In this document: in pieces, positions 50,367-60,781 of the stretch
How the letters are laid out: each line of letters opens with the position of its first letter
Numbering within the stretch: position 1 is the stretch's first letter
From: Tagaea sp.
GTDB lineage: Bacteria; Pseudomonadota; Alphaproteobacteria; CACIAM-22H2
Direction of reading: 5' to 3'
Assembly (NCBI GenBank): GCA_044224405.1
Contig: JBGAKN010000003.1
Location: 213,658-277,657 of the forward strand
Length of the DNA stretch: 64,000 bases
Translations under genes and position numbers: made by a program
Notes under the pieces: model-generated
Databases searched by the model: none
Seen by the model: only the letters and a program-made list of their open reading frames with translations
Told to the model about the DNA's origin: nothing

Positions 50367-52748
50367 ATGTCTGTCGACGGGATCGGCGCCGCAGTCCGGC
50401 GCAAGGAAGACTTCCGGTTTCTGACGGGACGCGGCAACTACACCGACGACATCGACCGCCCGAACCAGACGCACGTCTACATCCTGCGTTCGCAGGTGGC
50501 GCACGCGACGCTGGGCAAGATCGACGCGTCGAAGGCGCTGAAGGCGCCGGGCGTCGTCGCGGTGTTCACCGGGGCGGATTTCGCGGCCGACAATATCGGC
50601 GGGCTTCCCTGCGGCTGGGGCATCAAGAACAAGGACGGCTCGGCCATGCACGAGCCGGGGCACCCGGTGCTCGCGCAGGGCAAGGTGCGCCATGTGGGCG
50701 ACCCCATCGTCGCCATCGTCGCCGAGACGCTGGCGCAGGCCAAGGACGCGGCCGAACTCGTCAAGGTCGAGCTCAAGGAACTGCCCGCGATCGCGCAGGT
50801 GCGCGACGCGCTGAAGCCGGGTGCCCCCATCGTCCATGACGGCGGGCCCAGCGGCAACATCTGCTTCGACTGGCACATCGGCGATGCCGATGCCGTGGCC
50901 GCCGCCTTCAAGAAGGCGCACAAGGTCGCCAAGATCGATCTCGTCAACAACCGCCTCGTCGCCAACGCGATGGAGCCGCGCGCGGCCATCGGCGAGTTCG
51001 ACCGCGCGACGGGCGACTACACGCTCTACACCACCAGCCAGAACCCGCACGTGATCCGCCTGCTGATGGGCGCGTTCGTGCTGCACATTCCCGAAAGCAA
51101 GCTGCGCGTGTTCGCGCCCGACGTTGGCGGCGGCTTCGGCTCGAAGATCTATCACTATGCCGAAGAAGCGCTGGTCACCTGGGCGTCGGCCAAGGTCGGC
51201 CGGCCGGTGAAGTGGACGGCCGAGCGCTCGGAATCCTTCCTCTCCGACGCGCACGGCCGCGACCATGTGAGCCACGCCGAACTCGCCCTCGACAAGGACG
51301 GCAGGTTCCTCGCGCTCAAGGTCTCGACGCTGTCCAACATGGGCGCGTATCTGTCGACCTTCGCGCCCGCGATCCCGACCTATCTCTACGCGACGCTGCT
51401 CGCGGGCGTGTACACGACGCCGGCGATCTATGCGGAAGTGAAGGCGATCTTCACCAACACCGTGCCAGTCGACGCCTATCGCGGCGCGGGCCGCCCGGAG
51501 GCCGCGTTCCTGCTGGAGCGCATCGTCGATATCGCGGCGGCCGAGATGGGCATGGACCGCGTCGAGATCCGCAAGCGCAACTTCATCCCGACCAACGCGT
51601 TCCCCTACCAGACGCCGGTCGCGTTGCAGTACGACAGCGGCGACTATTTCGCGACGCTCGACGGGGCCCTGAAGCTCTCGGACTACAAGGGCTTCGAGGC
51701 GCGGCGCGCGGAAGCCAAGAAGCGCGGCAAGCTGCGCGGCATCGGCATCTCGACCTATGTCGAGGCGTGCGGCATCGCGCCGTCGAACATCGCGGGTGCG
51801 CTGGGTGCGCGCGCGGGCCTGTTCGAATGCGCGAACGTGCGCGTCCACCCGACCGGATCGGTCACGCTGTTCACCGGCTGCCACAGCCACGGACAGGGCC
51901 ACGAGACGACCTACGCGCAGCTCATCGCGGAGCGCCTGGGCATCGGCCTCGACCAGATCGAGGTCTCGCACGGCGACACGAACAAGATCCCCTTCGGCAT
52001 GGGCACCTATGGCTCACGCTCGCTCGCGGTCGGCGGCACCGCCGTCGTCAAGGCGCTCGACAAGATCGTCGCCAAGGCCAAGAAGATCGCCGCCCACCTG
52101 ATGGAAGCCGCCGAGGCCGACATCGAGTTCAAGGACGGCAAGTTCACGGTCGCCGGCACCGACAAGTCGAAGGCGTTCGGCGAGATCGCGCTGACGGCCT
52201 ACGTGCCCCACAACTTCCCGCTTGAAACGCTGGAGCCCGGCCTCGACGAGACCGCGTTCTACGACCCGAAGAACTTCACGTTCCCGGGCGGGGCGCATAT
52301 CTGCGAGGTCGAGATCGACCCCGACACGGGCGTCACCAAGGTGATCGGCTTCGCCGCCGTCGACGACGTGGGCCGCGTCATCAACCCGATGATCGTCGAG
52401 GGCCAGGTGCATGGCGGCGTCGCGCAGGGCATCGGGCAGGCGCTGCTCGAGAACTGCAACTACGACGATGCCGGCCAGCTGCGCTCGGGCTCGATGATGG
52501 ACTACACGATGCCGCGCGCCGACGACCTGCCCTCGTTCAAGGTCGCCACCGCCGTCACGCTGTGCACGCATAATCCTCTTGGAGTCAAAGGCGTCGGCGA
52601 AGTCGGCGCCATCGGCTCGCCGCCCGCGGTGATCAACGCCGTGGTCGACGCGCTCAAGGACTATGGCGTGCGCCACATCGACATGCCCGCCACGCCCCAG
52701 AAGATCTGGGCGATTTGCAATTCCGGCCGCCGCGCGGCCGCCGAGTAA
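50367..52748 (+). CDS. coxL: form II CoxL-like molybdopterin large subunit (xanthine dehydrogenase family)
   Basis: GGGFGSK, active-site AYRGAGR (form II, not AYxCSFR), HGQGHET, KGVGEVG; S-L-M order. Confidence 0.88.
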   Translation: MSVDGIGAAVRRKEDFRFLTGRGNYTDDIDRPNQTHVYILRSQVAHATLGKIDASKALKAPGVVAVFTGADFAADNIGGLPCGWGIKNKDGSAMHEPGHPVLAQGKVRHVGDPIVAIVAETLAQAKDAAELVKVELKELPAIAQVRDALKPGAPIVHDGGPSGNICFDWHIGDADAVAAAFKKAHKVAKIDLVNNRLVANAMEPRAAIGEFDRATGDYTLYTTSQNPHVIRLLMGAFVLHIPESKLRVFAPDVGGGFGSKIYHYAEEALVTWASAKVGRPVKWTAERSESFLSDAHGRDHVSHAELALDKDGRFLALKVSTLSNMGAYLSTFAPAIPTYLYATLLAGVYTTPAIYAEVKAIFTNTVPVDAYRGAGRPEAAFLLERIVDIAAAEMGMDRVEIRKRNFIPTNAFPYQTPVALQYDSGDYFATLDGALKLSDYKGFEARRAEAKKRGKLRGIGISTYVEACGIAPSNIAGALGARAGLFECANVRVHPTGSVTLFTGCHSHGQGHETTYAQLIAERLGIGLDQIEVSHGDTNKIPFGMGTYGSRSLAVGGTAVVKALDKIVAKAKKIAAHLMEAAEADIEFKDGKFTVAGTDKSKAFGEIALTAYVPHNFPLETLEPGLDETAFYDPKNFTFPGGAHICEVEIDPDTGVTKVIGFAAVDDVGRVINPMIVEGQVHGGVAQGIGQALLENCNYDDAGQLRSGSMMDYTMPRADDLPSFKVATAVTLCTHNPLGVKGVGEVGAIGSPPAVINAVVDALKDYGVRHIDMPATPQKIWAICNSGRRAAAE

Positions 52749-52770
52749 TTTTCGAGGACGGAGAAGCACC

Positions 52771-53565
52771 ATGTACGATTTCGCCTATCACAAGCCCGGT
52801 TCGGTCGCCGACGCGGTCAAGCTGCTCGGCGCCGACGGTGACGCCAAGGCGATGGCCGGCGGCCAGACGCTGATCCCCACGCTGAAGCAGCGCCTCGCGC
52901 GGCCCAGCGCCGTCGTCGATCTCTCCGCGATCCGCGACCTCTCGGGCATCACGGTTTCGGGCGGCAAGATCACCATCGGCGCGATGACGAAGCACGTGGA
53001 CGTCGCGAGCTCGGCCGAGATCAAGAAGGCCCTGCCCGCCCTCGCCGCACTCGCCGACGGCATCGGCGATCCGCAGGTGCGCAACCGCGGCACCATCGGC
53101 GGCTCGATCGCCAACAACGATCCGGCGGCCGACTATCCGGCCGCGTGCCTCGCCCTTGGCGCCACCATCAAGACCAATTCGCGCGAGATCGCGGCCGACG
53201 ATTTCTTCAAGGGCATGTTCGAGACCGCGCTGAAGGCGGGCGAGCTCATCGTGTCGGTCAGCTTCCCGGTCGCCGAGAAGGCGGCCTACATGAAGTTTGG
53301 CCAGCCCGCCTCGCGCTACGCGCTCGTCGGCGTGTTCGTCGCCAAGGGCCCGGCCGGTGCCCGCGTCGCGGTCACGGGTGCGGCCGCGTCGGTGTTCCGC
53401 TGGAAGGAAGCGGAAGCGGCACTGGCGAAGTCCTGGGGTGCGGCGTCGGTCGAAGGGCTGAAGGTCGCCCCTGGTGGCCTCAACAGCGACATCCACGCGG
53501 GCGCCGAATATCGCGCCCACCTGATCGGCGTGATGACCAAGCGGGCGCTCGCCGCCGCCGGCTGA
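52771..53565 (+). CDS. coxM: CoxM-like FAD-binding medium subunit
   Basis: AGGQTLIP, QVRNRGTIGGS, NDPAADYP. Confidence 0.9.
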   Translation: MYDFAYHKPGSVADAVKLLGADGDAKAMAGGQTLIPTLKQRLARPSAVVDLSAIRDLSGITVSGGKITIGAMTKHVDVASSAEIKKALPALAALADGIGDPQVRNRGTIGGSIANNDPAADYPAACLALGATIKTNSREIAADDFFKGMFETALKAGELIVSVSFPVAEKAAYMKFGQPASRYALVGVFVAKGPAGARVAVTGAAASVFRWKEAEAALAKSWGAASVEGLKVAPGGLNSDIHAGAEYRAHLIGVMTKRALAAAG

Positions 53566-53597
53566 TCGACCCCTTCGGAATTCTCATATCGGCAATG

Positions 53598-53629
53598 CGA
53601 CGCGCCCCAACCGGGGCGCGTCGTTCTTT
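53598..53629 (+). terminator. intrinsic terminator after coxSLM
   Basis: CGACGCGCCCC-AACC-GGGGCGCGTCG-TTCTTT. Confidence 0.65.
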
Positions 53630-53694
53630 GCGCGTGCGGTGCGGACGTGCCATCCTGTTCCACCCGTTCACGGCCCGAGCCAAGTGACCCCGAA

Positions 53695-54609
53695 ATGACT
53701 TCGAAGACCGCCCTGCCGGCCAGCGTCGATGCCACGCTCGCCCTGCTCGCCGACCATCGCTATATCGCCGACCGCAGCCTTGCGACCGCGCTCTACCTGT
53801 CGCTGAAGCTCGGCCGGCCGCTCTTCCTCGAAGGCGAGCCCGGCACCGGCAAGACCGAGATCGCGCGCGTGCTCGCCGCCGCCCTCGGCCGGCGGCTGAT
53901 CCGCCTCCAGTGCTACGAGGGGCTCGACGCCTCGACGGCCGTGTACGAATGGAACTATCCGCGCCAGATGATGGAGATCCGTCTTGCCGAGGCGGCCGGT
54001 GCGAGCCGCCAGACGCTCGACGAGGCGATCTTCTCCGAGCGCTTCCTGATCCGCCGCCCGCTGCTCGAGGCGCTGTCGCCCGATCCCGCCGGCCCGCCGG
54101 TGCTGCTGATCGACGAACTCGACCGCGCGGACGAACCGTTCGAGGCGTATCTGCTGGAGGTGCTCGGCGACTGGCAGGTGACGATCCCGGAACTCGGCAC
54201 GATCAAGGCGCCCGCCCCGCCCATCGCCATCGTCACGTCGAACCGCACGCGCGAGGTGCACGACGCGCTGAAGCGCCGCTGCTTCTATGCGTGGGTCGAT
54301 TTCCCGAACGCCGAGCGCGAGCTTTCCATCGTGCGCGCCAAGTGCCCGGGCGTGGGCGAAGCGCTTTCGGGGCAGGTCGTCGCGTTCGTGCAGAAGCTGC
54401 GCGGCGAAGACCTGTTCAAGCTGCCGGGCGTGGCCGAGACGCTCGACTGGACGAACGCGCTGGTGGCGCTCGACCGCATCGCGCTCGATCCCGCCACCAT
54501 CGACGACACGCTGGGCGCGTTGCTGAAATACCAGGACGACATCGCGAAGATCCGCGGCACCACCGCCCTCAAGCTCCTCAAGGAAGTGGAGGCCGGCGCC
54601 AGCGCATGA
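53695..54609 (+). CDS. coxD: CoxD-like MoxR AAA+ ATPase
   Basis: LEGEPGTGKT, LQCYEGLD, LLIDELDRAD, HDALKRRC. Confidence 0.88.
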   Translation: MTSKTALPASVDATLALLADHRYIADRSLATALYLSLKLGRPLFLEGEPGTGKTEIARVLAAALGRRLIRLQCYEGLDASTAVYEWNYPRQMMEIRLAEAAGASRQTLDEAIFSERFLIRRPLLEALSPDPAGPPVLLIDELDRADEPFEAYLLEVLGDWQVTIPELGTIKAPAPPIAIVTSNRTREVHDALKRRCFYAWVDFPNAERELSIVRAKCPGVGEALSGQVVAFVQKLRGEDLFKLPGVAETLDWTNALVALDRIALDPATIDDTLGALLKYQDDIAKIRGTTALKLLKEVEAGASA

Positions 54610-55817
54610 GCGAGGCCGGAACCCTGCTCGAGAACGTCGTGCGCTTCACGCGCCTGCTGCGCGCCGCGGGCCTGCCGGTGGGACCGGGGCGCGGGATCGA
54701 GGCGGCGCGCGCGGTCGAGGCGACGGGGCTTTCCCGCAAGGCCGACCTCTACTGGGCGCTGCACGCCACGCTGGTGAACCGGCGCGAGCAGCACGAGATC
54801 TTCGACCAGGCGTTCCGCCTGTTCTGGCGCGACCCCAAGCTGCTCGAGCGCGCGATGGGCATGCTGCTGCCCAGCGCCGTCGACCCCGACGCGGACGAGC
54901 CCAAGGACCCCACGCTCCGGCGCGTGGCCGAAGCGTTCCACCGCCCGCCGCCTGTTGCGGCCGACGGCGCGCCCGAGGAGCGCACCGATCTCGACGCCGC
55001 GATGACGTGGTCGGACAGCGAATTGCTGCAGAAGAAGGATTTCGAGCAGATGAGCTCGGAGGAAATGGCGGCCGCCACGCGCGCCCTGCAGCGCTTCGCC
55101 GCCCCGTTCCCCGAGCGCGAGACGCGCCGCTTCCGCGCCAGCGCCACGGGGCATCGCCTCGATCCGCGCGCCACCCTGCGCTCGATGATGCGCACCGGCG
55201 GCGATCTCGTGCATCTGCGCTTCAAGGCGCGGCGCACCGAGCACCCGCCGCTGGTCGTGCTGCTCGACATCTCGGGTTCGATGGAGCGCTATGCGCGCAT
55301 CTTCCTGCATTTCGTCCACCTGCTGGTCAACGACCGCGAGCGCGTGCACGTCTTTCTCTTCGGCACGCGCCTGACGAACGTGACGCGGGCATTGCGTCGC
55401 AAGGACATCGACCTGGCGCTCGCCAAGGTGAGCGAGATGGTCGACGACTGGTCGGGCGGCACGCGCATCGGCGCCTGCCTGCACGAGTTCAACCTGCGCT
55501 GGAGCCGGCGCGTGCTGGCGCGCAGCCCGACCGTGCTGTTCGTGACCGACGGGCTCGACCGCGAAGCGGGCAGCGGCCTGTCGCGCGAGGCCGAGCGGCT
55601 GGCGAAGTCGGCCGGGCGGCTGGTGTGGCTCAACCCGCTCTTGCGCTATGACGGGTTTGCGCCCAAATCTCTGGGAGTCCGGGCGATCCTGCCGCATGTC
55701 GACGAGTTCCGGCCGGTGCACAATCTCGTCAGCCTCGCCAGCCTCGTCGAGGCACTTGCCGCCCCGCCGCGCCCCCGGCGCACGGGCCGCTATGAATGGA
55801 AAGGAATGGCCGCATGA
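54606..55817 (+). CDS. coxE: CoxE-like VWA domain protein
   Basis: LLDISGSM MIDAS motif, WSGGTRIG, VTDG, WLNP. Confidence 0.88.
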   Translation: MSEAGTLLENVVRFTRLLRAAGLPVGPGRGIEAARAVEATGLSRKADLYWALHATLVNRREQHEIFDQAFRLFWRDPKLLERAMGMLLPSAVDPDADEPKDPTLRRVAEAFHRPPPVAADGAPEERTDLDAAMTWSDSELLQKKDFEQMSSEEMAAATRALQRFAAPFPERETRRFRASATGHRLDPRATLRSMMRTGGDLVHLRFKARRTEHPPLVVLLDISGSMERYARIFLHFVHLLVNDRERVHVFLFGTRLTNVTRALRRKDIDLALAKVSEMVDDWSGGTRIGACLHEFNLRWSRRVLARSPTVLFVTDGLDREAGSGLSREAERLAKSAGRLVWLNPLLRYDGFAPKSLGVRAILPHVDEFRPVHNLVSLASLVEALAAPPRPRRTGRYEWKGMAA

Positions 55818-56128
55818 GCGACGATGTCCTCGACCAGGCCGCCGACTGGCGCCGGCAAGGCCGCAAGGTCGCGATCGCGACCGTGGTGACGACATGGGGT
55901 TCCTCCCCGCGCCCCGTCGGCTCGCAGCTTGCGGTCGATGCCGACGGCAAGTTCGTCGGCTCGGTTTCCGGCGGCTGCATCGAGGGCGCCGTCATCAAGG
56001 AAGCGTTCGACGCGATCGAGACGGGCCGCCCGCGCCTGCTCGATTTCGGCATCACGAACGAGCAGGCCTGGGACGTGGGCCTCGCTTGCGGTGGCAAGGT
56101 GCAGGTCTATGTCGAGCGGCTGGACTGA
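55814..56128 (+). CDS. XdhC/CoxF N-terminal-domain protein (split XdhC)
   Basis: TWGSSPRPVGS, GSVSGGCIEG, GLACGG. Confidence 0.85.
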   Translation: MSDDVLDQAADWRRQGRKVAIATVVTTWGSSPRPVGSQLAVDADGKFVGSVSGGCIEGAVIKEAFDAIETGRPRLLDFGITNEQAWDVGLACGGKVQVYVERLD

Positions 56129-56131
56129 GCG

Positions 56132-56824
56132 ATGAAGCCCGAAATCCTCGAATCCCTGCAGAAGGCGCGCGCCGCCAAGCGGCCGGTGGCGCTGGCCACG
56201 AACCTCAAGTCCGGCGCGCAGAAGCTGATCTTCGAGACGGAGGCCGAAGGGCCGCTGTGCCTCGACATCGACATGCTGGCGGGTGCCGCCGACATGCTGA
56301 AGCGCGACGAGAGCGGCACGCTCGCGACCGGTGCCGGCCCCGTCTTCATCCAGGTGTTCAACCCGCCGCCGCGCCTGATCGTGGTGGGCGCCGTCCACAT
56401 CGCCGAGCCGCTGGCCCGCATCTCCGCCATCGCGGGCTACGGCACGACGCTGGTCGATCCGCGCCGTGCCTTCGCTGGCTCGCAGAAATTCGACGGCTAT
56501 GCCGTCACGACCGACTGGCCGGACGAAGCGCTTGCGGCCCTGAAGCCCGACACGCGCACCGCCATCGTCACGCTGTCGCACGATCCCAAGATCGACGATC
56601 CCGCACTCGAGGCCGCGCTCAACTCGCCCGCGTTCTATATCGGCGCGCTCGGTTCTCGGAAAACGCATGCGGCGCGTCTCGAGCGCCTCAAGGAGCGCGG
56701 CTTCACGGACGCGCAGCTAGCCCGCATCCGCGGCCCCGTGGGGCTTGCCATCGGCGCGCTGTCGCCGGCCGAGATCGCCGTCTCGATCGTCGCCGAGATC
56801 ACGAAGATCCGCCGCGGGGAATGA
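56132..56824 (+). CDS. XdhC/CoxF C-terminal Rossmann-domain protein (split XdhC)
   Basis: VGAVHIA, DPR, SHDPKID, YIGALGS, PVGLAIGA..PAEIAVSI. Confidence 0.85.
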   Translation: MKPEILESLQKARAAKRPVALATNLKSGAQKLIFETEAEGPLCLDIDMLAGAADMLKRDESGTLATGAGPVFIQVFNPPPRLIVVGAVHIAEPLARISAIAGYGTTLVDPRRAFAGSQKFDGYAVTTDWPDEALAALKPDTRTAIVTLSHDPKIDDPALEAALNSPAFYIGALGSRKTHAARLERLKERGFTDAQLARIRGPVGLAIGALSPAEIAVSIVAEITKIRRGE

Positions 56825-56828
56825 AGCG

Positions 56829-58448
56829 ATGCGCTTCGGCCCCACCCGCATCGACGAAGCCGAAGGCACAATCCTCGCGCACGGGCTGAAGCTGCCGGGC
56901 CTCGCCTTCCGCAAGGGCCGCGTGCTGTCGGCCGAAGACGTCGCGGTGCTGCGCAATGCGGGCATCGGCGAAGTCGTCGCGGCGCGCCTCGAAACCGACG
57001 ACGTCCCCGAGAACGAAGCGGCGCAGGCGCTGGCGCGCGCCCTTGCCGGCGACGGCGTGGAAGTGGCGGCCCCCTTCACCGGCCGCTGCAATCTTTTCGC
57101 GCGCGCGCCCGGCCTTGCGCGCATCGACGCCAAGCTGATTGGCGCGCTCAACGCCATCGACGAGGCGATCACGGTCGCCACGCTCGACGACTACGCGCAT
57201 GCGCCCGCGCGCGGCATGCTCGCGACGATCAAGATCATCCCCTTCGCCGCTCCGCGCGCGGCCTTGCGCAAATGCCTGGCGCTCGCGGCCGAAGCGAAAG
57301 CCGTGCGGCTCGCGCCCTTCGCTGCCAAGCGCGCGGCGCTGCTGCAGACGGTCCTGCCGGGCCTGAAACCCTCGATCCTCGATAACACCGAGGCCGCGAC
57401 ACGCACCCGCATGGCCTCAATAGGCGGCGAGCTTGCCGCCACCCAGCGCTGCGACCATGCGGTGGGCGCGGTCGCCTCGCGCTTACGCGAATTCGCGGCG
57501 CAGGGTTACGACCCGATCCTGCTGCTGGGCGCTTCGGCCGTGGTCGACCGGCGCGACGTGCTGCCGGCAGCGATCGAGGTCGCGGGCGGCCATATCGACC
57601 GCTTCGGCATGCCCGTCGATCCGGGCAACCTGCTGCTGCTCGGCACCATCGGCACGCAGCGCGTGATCGGCCTGCCGGGATGTGCACGTTCGCCCAAGCT
57701 CAACGGCTTCGACTGGGTATTGCAGCGCCATGCCGCCGACCTGCCGGTCGATGACGGTGCCATTGCCGGTCTCGGCGTGGGCGGACTGCTGGCCGAAATC
57801 CCCCGCCCGACCCCCCGCGCAGGAACGGCCGTACCCACGGCGCCGCGCGTCTGCGCGATCGTGCTTGCGGCGGGCAAATCCTCGCGCATGGCGCCGGCCA
57901 ACAAGCTCTTCGTCGAGATCGACGGGTTGAGCCTGCTCGACCGCGCGGTCGAAGCGGCGACCGGCTCGACCTGCGTGGACACGGTCGTCGTCATCGGCAA
58001 CGAGGCGGCGCGCGCGCGCGCCGGGCTCGCCGGGCGCAAGGTGCGCATCGTCGAGAACAAGGATTTCGCCCAAGGCCTCGCGACGTCGCTGCGCGCCGGC
58101 ATCGCCGCCGTGCCGGCCGACTGCGACGCGGCCGTCGTGCTGCTGGGCGACATGCCGCAGGTGACGGCGCAGCACGTGAACCGGCTTCTCGCGGCCTACG
58201 CGCCCGGCGAAGGCCGCTCGATCTGCGTGGCGACGCGCGTGGGCAAGCGCGGAAACCCCGTCCTGTGGTCGCGCAGCTATTTCGACGAGATGCTGGCGCT
58301 TGACGGCGATCAGGGCGCGCGCGCCCTGATCCGCCGCCACGAAGATGCGGTGTGCGAAGTGGAGATGGACGACGACGGCGTGCTCCTCGATCTCGACACG
58401 CCCGAGGCGCTGGCGGCGTTCGTCGCCGGCAAGGGGAAGCGGGCTTGA
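56829..58448 (+). CDS. molybdopterin-binding domain / MocA-type nucleotidyltransferase fusion
   Basis: PVDPGNLL, GLPGCARSPK; C-terminal IVLAAGKSSRM, LGDMP, GNPV, GDQGAR. Confidence 0.85.
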   Translation: MRFGPTRIDEAEGTILAHGLKLPGLAFRKGRVLSAEDVAVLRNAGIGEVVAARLETDDVPENEAAQALARALAGDGVEVAAPFTGRCNLFARAPGLARIDAKLIGALNAIDEAITVATLDDYAHAPARGMLATIKIIPFAAPRAALRKCLALAAEAKAVRLAPFAAKRAALLQTVLPGLKPSILDNTEAATRTRMASIGGELAATQRCDHAVGAVASRLREFAAQGYDPILLLGASAVVDRRDVLPAAIEVAGGHIDRFGMPVDPGNLLLLGTIGTQRVIGLPGCARSPKLNGFDWVLQRHAADLPVDDGAIAGLGVGGLLAEIPRPTPRAGTAVPTAPRVCAIVLAAGKSSRMAPANKLFVEIDGLSLLDRAVEAATGSTCVDTVVVIGNEAARARAGLAGRKVRIVENKDFAQGLATSLRAGIAAVPADCDAAVVLLGDMPQVTAQHVNRLLAAYAPGEGRSICVATRVGKRGNPVLWSRSYFDEMLALDGDQGARALIRRHEDAVCEVEMDDDGVLLDLDTPEALAAFVAGKGKRA

Positions 58449-59638
58449 ACGCGATCCGGGCCGAATTCCCGATCCTGCGCGACGGGCTTGCCTATCTCGA
58501 CAGTGCGGCAAGCGCGCAGATGCCGCGCGTCGTGCTCGATGCCGTGCGCGATTTCGAGACGAATTCGCGCGCCAACGTGAAGCGCGGCGTGCACCGGCTG
58601 GCCGAGGCCGCGACCGAAGCCTTCGCGCAGGCCCGCGCCCGCGTGGCGGCGTATCTTTCGGTGCCCGCGGACGAGATCGTGTTCACGAGCGGCTGCACGG
58701 CCGCGATCAATCTCGTGGCGCATTCCTTCGGCGCGCTGCTGAAGCCGGGCGACGAGATCGTTCTCAGCGCGCTCGAACATCATTCCAATCTCGTGCCCTG
58801 GCAGATGCTGGCGGCGCGCGGCGGAATCGTGCTGCGTTTTCTCCCGGTGACCGCGGAGGGCCGCATCGATGCCGCCGCCCTGCCCGGCCTGCTGGGTCCG
58901 CGCACGAAGCTGGTGGCACTGGCACACGTGTCGAACGTCACGGGCGCCATCCTCGACGTCCCGGCCGTGGTCGCGGCGGCCAAGCGGGTGGGTGCGCGCG
59001 TGCTGTTCGACGGCGCGCAGCGTGTGCCGCACGGGCCGGTCGATATCCCGGCGCTTGGCGTCGATTTCTATGCCTTCAGCGGCCACAAGCTGTTCGCGCC
59101 CCACGGCGTGGGTGCGCTGTGGGCGCGGGCGGCCCTGCTCGACGCGATGCCGCCGTTCCTGGGCGGCGGCGAGATGATTGCCGAGGTGCAGCTCGAGCGC
59201 AGCACGTGGGCAAAGGCACCCGCGAAGTTCGAGGCCGGCACGCCGCCCATCGGCGCCGCCATCGGCCTCGGGGCCGCGTGCGACTGGCTGGCGAAATTGC
59301 CGTGGGCCGCGATCGCGGCGGAAGAGGCGCGGCTCACGCAACGCCTGCTCGACGGGCTGGCCGCAACGCCCGGCGTGCGCGTGCTGGGGCCGGCGGGTTT
59401 GCAGGCGCGTGCACCTGTCGTGTCGTTCGATCTTGCCGGTGCGCATCCGCACGACGTCTGCCAGATCATGGACTCCCACGGCGTGGCATTGCGCGGCGGG
59501 CATCATTGCGCGCAGCCGCTGCACCGCCAGTTCGATCTTGCCGGCACGTCGCGCGCCTCGCTCGCCCTCTATAGCGACGATTCCGACGTCGACCGCTTCT
59601 TCGCCGGGCTTGCCGAAGCAAGGCGCGTGCTGCTGTGA
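58445..59638 (+). CDS. sufS: SufS-type (group II) cysteine desulfurase
   Basis: YLDSAAS, EHHSN, SGHK, FEAGTP, RGGHHCAQP; TTG overlaps the previous stop. Confidence 0.88.
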   Translation: MNAIRAEFPILRDGLAYLDSAASAQMPRVVLDAVRDFETNSRANVKRGVHRLAEAATEAFAQARARVAAYLSVPADEIVFTSGCTAAINLVAHSFGALLKPGDEIVLSALEHHSNLVPWQMLAARGGIVLRFLPVTAEGRIDAAALPGLLGPRTKLVALAHVSNVTGAILDVPAVVAAAKRVGARVLFDGAQRVPHGPVDIPALGVDFYAFSGHKLFAPHGVGALWARAALLDAMPPFLGGGEMIAEVQLERSTWAKAPAKFEAGTPPIGAAIGLGAACDWLAKLPWAAIAAEEARLTQRLLDGLAATPGVRVLGPAGLQARAPVVSFDLAGAHPHDVCQIMDSHGVALRGGHHCAQPLHRQFDLAGTSRASLALYSDDSDVDRFFAGLAEARRVLL

Positions 59639-60033
59639 GCGACGCGCTCTACCACGATGCGATCCTCGCGCGCGCCAAGGATACGGCACGCGAAGGGCGG
59701 CTTGCCTCGCCCGACCGCACCGCGACGCGCGACAATCCGCTGTGCGGCGACCGGGTGACGTTCGATTTCGCGCTCGACGGCGCGCGCATCGCATCCGTGC
59801 GCCATCTGGTGCGCGGCTGCACGCTGTGCCGGGCATCGGCGGCCCTGCTCGCGAGCGAACTGGAAGGCCGAGAAGCCGCCGAAATCGATGCCGCCGCCGC
59901 CCGGCTCGACGCGGCGCTGGCCGGGACGGGCGGCTCCGACTGGCAGGTCTTCGCCCCGGTCGGCCGCCACAAGAGCCGCCACGATTGCGTGCGCCTGCCG
60001 CTGGCCGCTGCGAAGGCCGCCTTCGAGGCTTGA
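59635..60033 (+). CDS. SufU/IscU-like sulfur-acceptor or scaffold protein
   Basis: DNPLCGD, GCTLCRAS, RHDCVRLP; GTGA overlap with sufS. Confidence 0.82.
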   Translation: MSDALYHDAILARAKDTAREGRLASPDRTATRDNPLCGDRVTFDFALDGARIASVRHLVRGCTLCRASAALLASELEGREAAEIDAAAARLDAALAGTGGSDWQVFAPVGRHKSRHDCVRLPLAAAKAAFEA

Positions 60034-60089
60034 TTTGCCCGACTGACCCCGTTACATACTGCGCGCCTTCCGGTCACCGACCGGCCGAC

Positions 60090-60165
60090 GTTCCCTTCGT
60101 CTAGAGGCCTAGGACACCACCCTTTCACGGTGGATACAGGGGTTCGAATCCCCTAGGGAACGCCA
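60090..60165 (+). tRNA. tRNA-Glu(TTC)
   Basis: GTTCCCT/AGGGAAC acceptor, CCACC-CTTTCAC-GGTGG, GGTTCGAATCC, encoded CCA. Confidence 0.96.
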
Positions 60166-60283
60166 TTTTTACAATATGTTAATCGCTAAATATAAACCTC
60201 TGACTGAGGTTGATTTCGGCATACCTACGCATGCCATCGGCGCTCCTGCGAATCGCCGCAGGGCCGGGCTAGACTTCCCCGCG

Positions 60284-60781
60284 ATGCCGGCTGAATTCAT
60301 CGTCCTCGAACCGGGCATGCGCCCCTATGAAGATCGCGAGCCCCGGCTCTCGGCGATCTTCGACTATTGGACGTCCAAATGCCGCGACGGCCGCGTGCCG
60401 GTCCGGCGCGACATCGACATGGTCGAGATCCCGCCCAAGGTCCTGCCGCTGCTGATGCTGTTCGACGTCCTGCCTGCAAAGGCAGGATACCGCTTCCGCT
60501 ACCGGCTCATCGGGACGACCGTCGCCCAGTATATCGGGCACGACCACACGGGCCGCTGCATCGACGAAGTGATCCCGGCCGACCGCGCGGCAGCGATCCT
60601 GCCGAGCCTCGTGGCGGCGATCGACACAGGCCTTCCCAACACGCTTGAAGCGCCCTTCGCCTTCCCGAACCGCGATTTCAACTTCGTCCGGCGGCTCGTC
60701 CTGCCGCTGTCGGCGGACGGCACGGCCGTGGACATGTTGATGACCTGTTTCGTTTTCAAATCGCTTTCGGGAAAAACATGA
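60284..60781 (+). CDS. stand-alone PAS domain protein (PAS_5/DUF1457-like)
   Basis: IFDYWTSK...PVRRDID, FRYRLIGT, GHDHTG, RLVLPLSADG..VDMLM; start uncertain. Confidence 0.8.
   Translation: MPAEFIVLEPGMRPYEDREPRLSAIFDYWTSKCRDGRVPVRRDIDMVEIPPKVLPLLMLFDVLPAKAGYRFRYRLIGTTVAQYIGHDHTGRCIDEVIPADRAAAILPSLVAAIDTGLPNTLEAPFAFPNRDFNFVRRLVLPLSADGTAVDMLMTCFVFKSLSGKT

Noticed and set aside
50367-52748. Bona fide form I aerobic CO dehydrogenase
   Set aside because: Active-site loop is AYRGAGR and order is S-L-M; form I needs AYxCSFR and M-S-L
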